Source: a virus. From it: DNA of 64,000 bases. A program made the translations under genes and the position numbers. The stretch lies in IMG/VR virus record IMGVR_UViG_3300007351_000004; one strand, 5' to 3'. Every line of letters starts with the position of its first letter. Position 1 is the first letter of the stretch. Shown here in pieces: positions 1-10,369 of the stretch. The notes beneath the pieces were generated by a model. It was not told the DNA's origin. It saw only the letters and a list, made by a program, of their open reading frames with translations, and did no database searches.

Positions 1-834
1 CGGCATTCTAGGTTCGTGATCCCAATAACAGAACAAACCTGCCGATTCATTCACCCAAACAACCGGATCCCCGCTCGATTCCAAGTCTAAAAAGTCGGGA
101 TGAGGCTCGCCCTCTTTAACAGCTAATTTATATAGTCCCTCTAGAATTGTGGACTTTCCAACTTCACCCGCATAGGATTCAACCCACTGCATTGCGTACC
201 CCTGTAGGGTCGGTGGCACGGAGATCTCGCTCCAGAGTTGTTTTTTAATGTCCGAAGTCCAACCCCACGCCTCACTTACCACACTTAACAGAGGCTGAGA
301 TCCGGCCTCACCTACCGCGTCACACGGTAACGCTTTAATTCTAGTCCCATTAGATAGAAAAACTTCTGTTTTATTTGGATTTTCACCCTTGAATGGACCA
401 TTCAAATTGTTGTGCAACTTAAAACAAGTCTTTATAGGAACATATATACGATCCGAAGACTGTTCTTTGTCATTCGCCAAACAATAAACCTGAGAATAAG
501 GACGACTATACGCCATATACATCGCCACAGCCGATGCTAGAGCCGACTTTCCAGATTTTTTAGGGGCAGAATAGATTACCAAAGAATATTTAAGCTTACC
601 GTGCTCATCTTTAGAGAGTGCTTCATCGATAATTCGTTTCTGATGTTCAGACAGCCGAATAGGGCCGGGAGATAGAAATTCTCCGGTTACAGGATCGCGG
701 GGATCAGGCACATAGAAATACCGCTCAATCCACTCGGACGGTTTTTCAGTTATCTTCTCGACTCTGGCCTTCAATCGCTGCGAGAAGGCCAAGTCCAGGC
801 GTTCCAATAGATTCTCGGAGTGCTCCTGAGACAT
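1..834 (-). CDS. terL: Terminase large subunit, N-terminal ATPase part (runs off window start)
   Basis: Not in ORF track; my translation from ATG 834: MSQEHSENLL...KPSEWIERYFY...LSEHQKRII...VIYSAPKKSGKSALAS (Walker A)...LSVVSEAWG (Walker B-like); overlaps end of TerS. Confidence 0.88.
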   Translation of the reverse strand, partial: MSQEHSENLLERLDLAFSQRLKARVEKITEKPSEWIERYFYVPDPRDPVTGEFLSPGPIRLSEHQKRIIDEALSKDEHGKLKYSLVIYSAPKKSGKSALASAVAMYMAYSRPYSQVYCLANDKEQSSDRIYVPIKTCFKLHNNLNGPFKGENPNKTEVFLSNGTRIKALPCDAVGEAGSQPLLSVVSEAWGWTSDIKKQLWSEISVPPTLQGYAMQWVESYAGEVGKSTILEGLYKLAVKEGEPHPDFLDLESSGDPVVWVNESAGLFCYWDHEPRMP

Positions 835-1663
835 GCTGGTACACACCCTCTATAATTTCGGGATCTTTAACGTTCTTTTCAACGCCTTCGAGCACCGCAT
901 CCACCAGCCGCTCGAATTTTGCCATGACTTGTTCAGCAGTCAGAGTCAGACGCATTTCTTTCTGGCGCTTAACTTCGGCTTGCTGCAAATCTTTAATCGT
1001 CCGCATGTTCTGTCGCAACTCATCCCAGGCGGCTTTTGTCTCTTTGAGAGAATCGAGCGTGCCGCGAATGAGATCCACCCCATCCCGAACGTCGCCGCCT
1101 TCGATTTTAGACAGACCTTTATACAAAGCCTGCAGGTGTTCGTACTGTGTCAAACCACCAGCGGTTAACTCTTCGAGCAGTTGAGCGTTACGCGCCTCCA
1201 ATAAAGCCATATTCTTACGCTGGTCCAGAATTTCAGGATCTTGCAGCGCGAATAAAACTTTATCGGCTAAATTGCCCTTCACATATGATGTTATACTTTT
1301 ATTCATAGAGTATCTGGAAGTTCCTCCATGCACACGACACACATATCGACCCGGCACAGCCGCTTTACCGCACTGACAGTCGGGCCACATCTCTTCTTCG
1401 GTTAAGAGCCTGTCTTCCGGTCCAGCTTTTTCCTTAATCTTTCTCCAAGACGTAGCGTGACACCGCATCTTACCATTCTTAAGAAAGCGCACCCCTTTAC
1501 CTTCGATAAATCTGCGCTTGGGCGTTCCTGGTCTGGCTTTAGCGGCAGAACATTCTTTACAAGAGGGGTATAAGCCGGATTTAAGATGGGGATCACGATC
1601 AAAATATTCAGGCGTGGCCGGAAAAAGCCGACCACATTTGGTACACTTTTTCATCGCTGTCAT
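746..1663 (-). CDS. terS: Terminase small subunit with N-terminal Cys zinc finger
   Basis: CRVHGGTS (HGGxS-type motif of phage TerS), CxxC...CKEC finger, helical C-terminus, directly upstream of TerL. Confidence 0.65.
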   Translation of the reverse strand: MTAMKKCTKCGRLFPATPEYFDRDPHLKSGLYPSCKECSAAKARPGTPKRRFIEGKGVRFLKNGKMRCHATSWRKIKEKAGPEDRLLTEEEMWPDCQCGKAAVPGRYVCRVHGGTSRYSMNKSITSYVKGNLADKVLFALQDPEILDQRKNMALLEARNAQLLEELTAGGLTQYEHLQALYKGLSKIEGGDVRDGVDLIRGTLDSLKETKAAWDELRQNMRTIKDLQQAEVKRQKEMRLTLTAEQVMAKFERLVDAVLEGVEKNVKDPEIIEGVYQHVSGALRESIGTPGLGLLAAIEGQSREDN

Positions 1664-1693
1664 GTATGTATCATACTATGATGAAGGGGAAAA

Positions 1694-1714
1694 CAAAAAA
1701 CCCCCGTGAGGGGG
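1694..1714 (-). terminator. Intrinsic terminator
   Basis: Minus strand CCCCC-TCAC-GGGGG followed by TTTTTT. Confidence 0.7.
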
Positions 1715-1890
1715 CACTAAGTAGAAAGCAGTAAGTGGGCTAAGTCTCTTTTGCTTCCATCCAGTCCACGCGGACGATCTGCAGACCGAGATAGTAGAAG
1801 TCTAGGGGCGTTATAGCAAAGATACGATCATCACCCTCAAAACTGAGAAACACGTGATTATTCTCAAACCCACGCAGAACTACAGGGTAC

Positions 1891-2211
1891 TTACTTACCA
1901 TATCGATTCTCGATACGACTCGCTAGAAGAAACTCTTTGTGATCCAGACCGGAAGGCGGTCGTTCTGTCCACGAAGAAATGACCTTCACCGCAGCGATAA
2001 TTGTTACAATCACCTTGATTACCTGCTCGAAAAACAGCGCAATACCTTCGCCATCTTCCCCGAAAGCGTCTTCGATTTGTCGAAGCTGATCTTCCGAAAA
2101 GCCAAACGCGCCGCCTAGAGTCAAAAGGATAGCGAGAAATGCCACCCAGAAGCGGCGATCCACCAACACCGTTCCAATCTTTTCCAACGTTTTAACAACC
2201 TTCTCATTCAT
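1891..2211 (-). CDS. Holin-like membrane protein
   Basis: DRRFWVAFLAILLTLGGAFG TM segment (SRKFW-like holin start), second hydrophobic segment, basic C-terminus. Confidence 0.5.
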   Translation of the reverse strand: MNEKVVKTLEKIGTVLVDRRFWVAFLAILLTLGGAFGFSEDQLRQIEDAFGEDGEGIALFFEQVIKVIVTIIAAVKVISSWTERPPSGLDHKEFLLASRIENRYGK

Positions 2212-2402
2212 GCCTGATTCCTCCCAGAATTCGGTCTAACCACTTGTATAACTTTAGCACTTTATCTTCTGTCAGAAAAATACCTTCGCCCTCCAGTTGC
2301 GGATCGCTGAACAGAGCAATTTGCACGATATCTTTGCCGTCAAGCTCAGATTGTTCCGCCACCAGAGTCGTTGGATCTTCAAACAGGTCAGCGTCCGATA
2401 AC

Positions 2403-2810
2403 TTAAGTCTCATCCAGAAAGGTTTTCCCTGCGAAACTCGGATATGAGTACAGCAAATCTTCCAAAATATCGTCTGTTATTCTACCCTTAAGCCACTCAT
2501 CCATGTGAGTAAGGGTTTCTCCTGCTTCTAGTGTATTGTGGATTAGTTTAGAATAATATACGGTAATACCATAAGAGGTTTCATCAAACCGCAGAAAAAA
2601 CAAGACGTTTTCTCTCCACGCTGCGGTTGCTGTCGCATACAGATCAACCTTATTTTCGTATTCCAAACATAGTACACCCGAATCGGGATTGGTCTGCATA
2701 CCCAATATATCTCGGAGTTGAGTTCGTAAAGTTTCTGCGCGCTCTTTACGCTCAGCATCCAGCTTATCAGTGTACTCTTTAACCGCTTTATCCCACCAGT
2801 TAGTCATCAT
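2403..2810 (-). CDS. Hypothetical protein, paralog of the adjacent ORF
   Basis: Starts MMTNWWDKA; shares NPxSGV and LEDLLxSY with 2800-3225. Confidence 0.7.
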   Translation of the reverse strand: MMTNWWDKAVKEYTDKLDAERKERAETLRTQLRDILGMQTNPDSGVLCLEYENKVDLYATATAAWRENVLFFLRFDETSYGITVYYSKLIHNTLEAGETLTHMDEWLKGRITDDILEDLLYSYPSFAGKTFLDET

Positions 2811-3225
2811 CGTTTTCGCTTTCCACAAACGTATAACCTACAAAACCAGAATAAGAGTGTAGAAGATCTTCTAACACATGACCGTGTGGAATAAAACTTT
2901 TCCACTCTTTTATGCGAGATAACTCATATCCAGCATCGTGTGAGTTATCAAAAGCAGCAGACACATAAGCCTTACACTTCATACCTGTATAAGTGTCTAC
3001 GCGAAACGCTCTTAAAATAGAAAATTTTCCGTAATAATCGGATACAACCGTTAGAAAAATAGCCTTATCATTCTTATATGTGAGACGGATTACACCCGAA
3101 TTTGGATCTATACTCCAATCAAAAACTTGCTTAACTAGATCTATTAATACGTCTGAGCGAACTCTACGTTTTTCACTCTCCGCACCCAAATAAACATTTT
3201 CAGCTTTGCTCCACCAGTTAGTCAT
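2800..3225 (-). CDS. Hypothetical protein, paralog of the adjacent ORF
   Basis: Starts MTNWWSKA; DPNSGV, LEDLLHSY. Confidence 0.7.
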   Translation of the reverse strand: MTNWWSKAENVYLGAESEKRRVRSDVLIDLVKQVFDWSIDPNSGVIRLTYKNDKAIFLTVVSDYYGKFSILRAFRVDTYTGMKCKAYVSAAFDNSHDAGYELSRIKEWKSFIPHGHVLEDLLHSYSGFVGYTFVESENDDD

Positions 3226-3460
3226 CGTCCGTTCCTTAATCTATCACTCAGATAACGGTTGATCTTATTCGCGGTTGATCTCGATACAAAGAAATTAATT
3301 TCCTGTCCCTGAGAATCTACCAATCGCATCTCAATAAAAAAGGTATTATCGCCGTGATACTCCATCTCCAACCAGTGCGCTTCTTCGAGCAAACTCTGGT
3401 CTGGAAACTCCGAACTATCAACCGCATACGCGCAGTCTAGGTCGTGCCAGCGTGTGTTTG

Positions 3461-3697
3461 TCATGTGTACCAATCCAGTTCGTGTTTAACACAAGATCTA
3501 AGTTGTTTTTGTGTGCTGATCACCGTGTACTCGTCTTTTAGTTCTATATTAGAACTAGTATGATCTTCGACAGTCAATAGACCGTGCGACAGATTCCAGA
3601 TCATATCGGTAATTTCATCCACTATAATCTCAAACTCACCGTTATGGTATGCTTCTTTTATTATTTTGTTAAGGTATTTATATTTCATATCATCCAA
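3461..3697 (-). CDS. Hypothetical protein (tandem paralog)
   Basis: MKYKYLNK...EF..IV.EI...KHELDW, similar to 3685-3939. Confidence 0.65.
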   Translation of the reverse strand: MDDMKYKYLNKIIKEAYHNGEFEIIVDEITDMIWNLSHGLLTVEDHTSSNIELKDEYTVISTQKQLRSCVKHELDWYT

Positions 3698-3939
3698 TCC
3701 AACTGATGTCTAATACTATTCTCTAGTGCATCATATGATCTAAAAATATGGTGGTAAGGTAAGAAATCAGCGTATTGAAATACTTCATCATCTAAAATTA
3801 ACTCTCCAACAGTAGGAAGCCCGTGTTCATCACTACTAATTGCCTGAGAAACAAATACTGAAATTTCACGTACCAAGTCTCCAAACTCATCGTTGTCAAT
3901 CGCGTCGTTCAAAGCCTTAGTGAGATACTTCATCTCCAA
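3685..3939 (-). CDS. Hypothetical protein (tandem paralog)
   Basis: MKYLTK...EFGDLVREI...RHQLDW. Confidence 0.65.
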   Translation of the reverse strand: MEMKYLTKALNDAIDNDEFGDLVREISVFVSQAISSDEHGLPTVGELILDDEVFQYADFLPYHHIFRSYDALENSIRHQLDWMI

Positions 3940-4350
3940 TTTCCTTATCGACTGATACTCTAAAATTAGTTGGAATAAAGTCTTTTTGATCGAAATCCGA
4001 CACGCTCTCCATCAGAAAGAAAAACCGCTTCACCAAATCCAGAATTTGCTCTTGCTGCTCCCCAATTCGATCTTCCTGCACAGCGAAATCCCGATTCGGC
4101 CCCATAAAATAAACTTTAATCGTCGCAATGTATTTCACTTCTTGATCTTCCATGCCTTATAGGTTTCCTTTATAGCGTCTTCGGTCATCCATTCAGGGTT
4201 GCTCTTCAAAAACTCCCAGACTGCATCCCAAAACTGGACGACTTTTCGCCGCGAGAACTTATGATGTCGGCGCAACTTCTCTGATTCCTGATCGATCAAC
4301 CGCGACACTTCATTGATCCGATCTACACTTACTTTCATCATACACCACCT

Positions 4351-5388
4351 TTAAAATTTTGTCAAGTAGGGAGCCACCAATTGAATCGATTCGGGATCCG
4401 TCACCCCGTCAACTTGCTTGAACACCAGAAAACCGCGCACCGAAGGTCGCCATTTGGCATTATAGTCGTATTTATAATTCTCGGTTTCAGCCATACCGCC
4501 CATGCCCGGCTCAATCAACAACAAGTGCCCACCGGCTACGCTCATCATCGTTCGTTGGTGGACATGGAAATGCACGATGACATTAATATGTCTCAGATTT
4601 AGAGATCGCTCCCAGTCGGTAAACCACATCCGGTACAACTTGGAAACAGCAGGCTCCGTCCGACTACTCGAAAAGCTCATGTGACTGAACAGAACATCTC
4701 CCAGGACATACACAAACTCGTTGTGCATTCCCGTCGCGTAAATATCCCCATTAGGGAAGCGCAGATCGATGTCCTTACCAACAAGCTGAACGCGATCCTC
4801 CAATCCATCACACAGTAGTTCCATCGGATCTTTATAATAATTCAACACCCAATCGGGAAAAACTTCCAAGATTCGTTTCAACACCCGAACATCGTGGTTG
4901 CCCAACAAGATGTGAATCTCGCCGTCCGTTTCTTCCAACAAAGTCTCAATCACCGCTCGCATCTCAGCAATCTCGTCCCTGCAGGACTCTTGCTTTCTAC
5001 GATTGGCTTGCTTCTTTGTCTCGCTCGGCCAGCGCGAGGCTTGAGCCTGGTCGAATGTATCGCCCCCAAATACATAAATATCCGCGTTACACTTTACCAA
5101 CTCAGAGATAATTCGAGGATCGGGCTGACCATGAAAATCACCTACCGCCGCAATCGTGATCTCCTTAGAGTTTCTTTTGGGTGGAGCAGGGGAGTAAGTA
5201 GTGCCTAAATACTCGCGGAGAACTTCGCGGCGATCATCAACCGATGTAAATTTCTTGGATGATTTATAATTCTTTACGTAGCGGCGAGCCGATCTCCCCG
5301 GTATATGGAGTGCTCTGGATAATTCTGCGCCTGTTGTTTGAGGAAAACGATCTAAGTAGTCCTTGACGTATTCAGGTATGCTTGACAT
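4351..5388 (-). CDS. Calcineurin-like metallophosphoesterase with N-terminal HTH
   Basis: GDFHG, GGDTFD, LGNHD, FSH, HFHVH metal motifs; TTGAELSRALHIPGRSARRY HTH. Confidence 0.85.
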   Translation of the reverse strand: MSSIPEYVKDYLDRFPQTTGAELSRALHIPGRSARRYVKNYKSSKKFTSVDDRREVLREYLGTTYSPAPPKRNSKEITIAAVGDFHGQPDPRIISELVKCNADIYVFGGDTFDQAQASRWPSETKKQANRRKQESCRDEIAEMRAVIETLLEETDGEIHILLGNHDVRVLKRILEVFPDWVLNYYKDPMELLCDGLEDRVQLVGKDIDLRFPNGDIYATGMHNEFVYVLGDVLFSHMSFSSSRTEPAVSKLYRMWFTDWERSLNLRHINVIVHFHVHQRTMMSVAGGHLLLIEPGMGGMAETENYKYDYNAKWRPSVRGFLVFKQVDGVTDPESIQLVAPYLTKF

Positions 5389-5964
5389 GCACTATGGTAT
5401 CCAATCTCAGGTTATGAAGGCTCAGGATCACGGTTTCGCGCCAGCCACACTTTACACAGTTCAAATAAATACGAATGCGCGATTTGTCTATCCTTTGGGG
5501 AGGATCTATAATGGCGAAACATTTGCCACAGCGCGGACAGGGATAAATGTCCACTTCTTTTTTCTGCATCTATTATATCCTATTTCTCTGGCAGACGCAC
5601 AACCCGACGACACCCTAAACACAGATATTTATCGCCGTACCAGTGAATCAATCTACTCCGACACATCGGGCAGATCTTCTCCGTAGACAAACTTTTTCCA
5701 GGTTCTATCGAACTCTTCTTCATCCCAGTCACAACTCGCCCACCATTCCGTTGCCTGTAGTATATCATACATACGACGACCTAAAGCCAGAAAACGACGC
5801 TCAATCGTCTGCAGGTCTTTGATGTAGATCAGAACTTCGTCCGCCGCATCGTGCTTTTCGTTCTCGCGTAAATATTCTTCGATCCGATACAGATCTCCTA
5901 TTCGAGAAAAGATTTCGTCGCTGTCTACCGCGAAACAAACGTAATCAAAACTACCACCGCTCAT

Positions 5965-6630
5965 CTAACCCTCCGGCTCAATCGCAGACAAAGATTCAGT
6001 TGAAGTGTGATACCAGGGCGAAGACAGCGAAAGAATGATGTCCGGTCCCTCTGTTCGAGCAAACTTCTCAGCATACAATCTCTCACACTCCAAAGCGGAA
6101 ACGCCTTCTTCAAACCACCCATACGTTTCGATCATTCGTCGGGAATAAAGAGCGGGCCGATGTCCAAACGCAAACCCGTATCGGTCTAAGCGCAAGCCCC
6201 AACTGTTCCAGTAATCGGTAAATGCTTCGACATGACCTCGAATATTAGGGTGCGGCGGTCCCAGGCGGACCATACCTACATCTTCCCGCTCTTCCAAAAC
6301 CATTACCCAGTGCGTGAAATCTATCGGATATGCCAGCCACCAGTCATCCACCGCATATAATACGTAAGGCGATGTCTCGAAAGCCTTCGCAAATCCTCGA
6401 TTCAAACTTGCCCCAACACCCCGCCTTTCCTGTCGGGAATGTGTAATCGAGCCTTTCCAGATTAACTCAGGATGCCAGATATGCTTCGATCCATCATCCG
6501 CGCAATGTAAATGTAGATCACCATTATATCTCAGATTTTCAACCCACGAGCGCAGCGTTTTTTCCGCTAAGAATCTCCGATGCACATCGGGAAAGTAGGT
6601 CGTCATTACAATAGTCACGTCAGGAAACAT
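5965..6630 (-). CDS. Glycosyltransferase family 2
   Basis: VTIVMTTY...CADDGS...GVGASLNRG...YAVDDWW GT-A signature. Confidence 0.8.
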   Translation of the reverse strand: MFPDVTIVMTTYFPDVHRRFLAEKTLRSWVENLRYNGDLHLHCADDGSKHIWHPELIWKGSITHSRQERRGVGASLNRGFAKAFETSPYVLYAVDDWWLAYPIDFTHWVMVLEEREDVGMVRLGPPHPNIRGHVEAFTDYWNSWGLRLDRYGFAFGHRPALYSRRMIETYGWFEEGVSALECERLYAEKFARTEGPDIILSLSSPWYHTSTESLSAIEPEG

Positions 6631-7540
6631 CAGCGGACCTCAAACATATCACAGAACACCGAATCAAACACAGTTTTACATACCGGACAACGCATAGCGG
6701 GGTGATAACCACACAAATCACAGTCAATCTTCGTATACTTCCATTTTATATGTGAAGACCACTCGTTGCACTCAGGACAGTGGATTTCACAACCCTCTTT
6801 AGGTCTTACATCGCAAGGAAACTGGCGCAGATCGCTAATCTTCAAAATAAGCCTCGATGGTATCCCAGATAAACTGGCCGGGGTAATTCGCTTCCACCAG
6901 ATCTTTATGATCCCGCAACCACATCAGATAAGTGTGCCACTCGAAATCGCTAGGGGCATTTCGGTCTGAGATAAACACCCCCAACGGGAGTTTCTTCCCT
7001 GTGCTCTCATAAATAACTTTGTACAAAGGAATATCACAAAAGCAATCGCAGTACTGCTGAGCAATGTCCTCTTTAGTCAGACCGTGCAGATCGAGAAATT
7101 CCTGCTTGAGATGGCTCCCCAAGATTTAATAAGTTACGCCGCACGTCCAACAGCGGATCTGTCCGTTATAATCCGTCCACGTTCCTTTAAGTTCGTTTCC
7201 ACATACCAGACAAACATCTGTGCCTTGTTGAACGTGCTCGACAAACTGCTCTTTGGTGTAAGGTTGAATATTCACTATTTATCTCCAAAGTTATCGGGAT
7301 GTCCTGGGTGCCAACTATCATAATCGTCAATGTCAAACCACTCAGGATACAGATCCTCAAATACCTTCTGAACAAGGGGATGATCCCAGTACCCGCTCTC
7401 TGATTGGCAGTCCCAGTCCATGTCCGATAAAGATTCTGCCAAAATATACAAAATATCATACTGATCCGCTTCCGGTAGTTTAGAATTCAAAACCGCACCG
7501 GCAACCTTATCAAAAACCTCTGTGCCTGAACACCAGCCCA

Positions 7541-7996
7541 TTATGCGCTTCTCCATCCACAATATTCGTGTATATAGTTCCGAACAAGACGATACAGCCC
7601 GTTCACGTTTAAGTTCATGTCTCTGGCAAACTCAGCAATGTTACGCACTTTGTAGCATTTGCCTTCGGGCGAAATAAAGCGGTGATAAATGTCCCTCTCC
7701 GGTAAATGCCAGCCCCTATACTGCTTAACCTGACCGTTCAACACCTGAGAAATCACGATAGGGTTGAGATCGTGCTCCCTGCAGAACTCCGCTTGAGAGT
7801 AAAACTTGTGCTCGTAACCACTCGGATCAACCAGAATTTTAATAACCAGCGATCCCGGCAAATGCCAGCCTTTATGATGATATCGCTTTCTGTTCAAAAC
7901 CTGATTGAGACACGACGCTCTAAGATCATGCTCTTCCGCAAACTGTACCTGATTCTTAACTTCGTATTCGTTGCCCTCTGGATCTAAGATAATCAT
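7541..7996 (-). CDS. Protein of three tandem NUMOD1-like DNA-binding repeats
   Basis: Three ~46-aa units (I)xxPxGxxxxxxxxxxFxxxxxL...GW; probable start ATG 7996 after GGAG. Confidence 0.6.
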   Translation of the reverse strand: MIILDPEGNEYEVKNQVQFAEEHDLRASCLNQVLNRKRYHHKGWHLPGSLVIKILVDPSGYEHKFYSQAEFCREHDLNPIVISQVLNGQVKQYRGWHLPERDIYHRFISPEGKCYKVRNIAEFARDMNLNVNGLYRLVRNYIHEYCGWRSA

Positions 7997-8270
7997 ACTC
8001 CAATTAACCCTTTCTGTCAAGCAACTCGATAATAACCCCGTTTGTCCAGCCAACGATCTGCTGCCCAACGCATTTCTCTAAAACTCGAATAGGATCCGCG
8101 CTGAAACGTCCTGAGTCTGCGTTTGGATTTCGCTTCTACCACGATAATCGAATAGTTCCTGATCCAGAGAATAACCTCATTCATCGCGTTTACATCCTAA
8201 ATAGAACAAAACAGGCATTAAAATTCCAATAAACAGGTGAATTAACCAGAAAAGCAGACAACAATCGGGC

Positions 8271-8540
8271 TTATTCATCTACCTTCTCGTATGTCTCAAT
8301 AAATATTTCTGGATCACAAGGATAAAACTCATCCCTGACACCCCGAAGAACATACCAACCCAATCGACACTGCATTTCACCTTCGAGCGTAAGAATCATG
8401 AGACTGTCATCTTCATCTGGATCTATATAAGCAGCACAGGTGTTTACTGTATTCATCCACTCAAAGATTTCTTCTGCGTTATCACCTATGTACTGAACAG
8501 CCTCAATCACAACGGGTTTCTTGCGGTATTTAGCGATCAT
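8271..8540 (-). CDS. Conserved phage hypothetical protein (RKKPVVIEA family)
   Basis: KYRKKPVVIEAVQY...TLEGEM...FYPCDPEIFIETYE. Confidence 0.75.
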   Translation of the reverse strand: MIAKYRKKPVVIEAVQYIGDNAEEIFEWMNTVNTCAAYIDPDEDDSLMILTLEGEMQCRLGWYVLRGVRDEFYPCDPEIFIETYEKVDE

Positions 8541-8747
8541 TTTATCCCCAATCTGTATTTCACGCGATCATTCACCACTTCCCATATAAAAGGAGTCCAC
8601 TCTTTATTGCTAACCAGACGATCTAAAATAGTTAAATCAGCGCCAACCTCGTGTGTCTCATAAGGCAAACAGGCTCTATCTTCGTTTATGTAGTTATATA
8701 AACCATAATCTACACAGATCTGGCGTAAAAGTTCGTACTTTTGCTCA

Positions 8748-10118
8748 CTAGTTAACGTATTCATCTAAAATTACCCAAATATCCGTCAAATCGTTCCAGT
8801 ATTGAGGCTCAAACTCAATCAGGTCAGGATGATAACTGCTAATTCCAGCCCGTTGTGCAACTGCATCGATATACATACTAAACCGACCTTCGCCCGGCAC
8901 AACCAGCAGATCGGGAATCCCCGCTTCTTCGATTACATCTGCATACTGCTCGACAAAAGACGTATCCACTGACAGTCGCCAACCCTTATGCAACACAGAC
9001 GGATTAATTATTTGCGGTTTTGGATCTGTACCGCGCCCAACTTCCTTAAACCCCAACAAAGTCAGCGGAATTTCGTTCTCGGCACAGGATTCAATTACGT
9101 CTTCCAGTCGCCAATCAGGATGCGCGCCAACTACAAAATGCGCCGAAATCTTCCCACGTAATCCATACAACACTTCTGCCGCTTTTAACTTACCCGCTTC
9201 CCAGGTGCTTCCTACCGACACAGCCACACCACCTACAACTTCCATCACCGCCTGCAGTAAATCAGACGACCAGTGTTCCGGTGTTACCTTCGTCGTAAAA
9301 TTAGGCACAATACCTAAACTATGTGTCTTACGTAGAATTTTCACAAAGTCAGGATGCAACGTAGGCTCGCCACCGCCAAACGCAATTTCAAAAACGCCGC
9401 TGTTACTCATCATCTCCAGATAAGATTCAATATCTGCAAGAGACGCATGAATACCCTGCCGACTGCTGTCTTGATAGCAAAACGGACAGTCAAACGGACA
9501 ATAATCCGTAATCTTAAAATCAATCAACTCAGGATAAACAGATCGCCACAGATCTTGCGGGTTTTCTTCAAAGGAAAAACGCATCTTCGCGCCAGTTTCA
9601 ACACAAAACATCGTCCACCAGTCACCCGACTTTTGTGCGTACCACTTGAGATTCCAGCCTCTAGGCAAATCTACTTCGTATTGATAATATTCTTCAAAAT
9701 CGCGCCTATCGCTATTATCGTTACCCCCTAGAACAACCACATCTTTCCGACGCATAAATCGAGAGAAGTCTTGAACGAATAGCTGACTCACCTGTTTGGT
9801 AATCGGATCATGAGGAATCTCAATTTCTGATTGATGATCGATATACCACCCCTTCGACCAGGGAATCCCGCGAAACCACTCGCGCATAATAATTTCAGTC
9901 AGATCTTCCCCGTAAAACTCTAACAAAGAAGACCCAACTGCTGCCGCCAGATAAGACAACTTATCCTGCTGATTTTTGAGAACGAAATTCTCCCAACCAT
10001 ATTCTCCCTCAACCACATCAAAGCCAGACGGAGCAGACACGCCTTTTGGTAAAACTACAATACTATGTGAACTTGAAGAATTAGTTGCAAACCCCAACCG
10101 AACGTTACTGATCTTCAT
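8748..10118 (-). CDS. Radical SAM protein with N-terminal FATNSSS domain
   Basis: CPFDCPFC (CxxxCxxC), FGGGEPTLH, N-terminal RLGFATNSSSSHS. Confidence 0.88.
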   Translation of the reverse strand: MKISNVRLGFATNSSSSHSIVVLPKGVSAPSGFDVVEGEYGWENFVLKNQQDKLSYLAAAVGSSLLEFYGEDLTEIIMREWFRGIPWSKGWYIDHQSEIEIPHDPITKQVSQLFVQDFSRFMRRKDVVVLGGNDNSDRRDFEEYYQYEVDLPRGWNLKWYAQKSGDWWTMFCVETGAKMRFSFEENPQDLWRSVYPELIDFKITDYCPFDCPFCYQDSSRQGIHASLADIESYLEMMSNSGVFEIAFGGGEPTLHPDFVKILRKTHSLGIVPNFTTKVTPEHWSSDLLQAVMEVVGGVAVSVGSTWEAGKLKAAEVLYGLRGKISAHFVVGAHPDWRLEDVIESCAENEIPLTLLGFKEVGRGTDPKPQIINPSVLHKGWRLSVDTSFVEQYADVIEEAGIPDLLVVPGEGRFSMYIDAVAQRAGISSYHPDLIEFEPQYWNDLTDIWVILDEYVN

Positions 10119-10369
10119 TTTCTTGCTCCAATAGACTGCACATTATTTCGTCATTGTACAACTCTGTCTCGCCACACAGATAAGGACAGTCGTGCTCGCC
10201 TTCGACATCTATCTGAGTGCCATCTTCAAAGATAATTTTACGCAACTTGAACACCGGATCGCCAAACTCTTCTGAAATATAACCGTGAATGTCTTTGATC
10301 GGCCCCATCCACGCGGACAAGCTGATATAATGCGAGTTTTCCACTTGAATATCTTTGTAGTTTACCATT

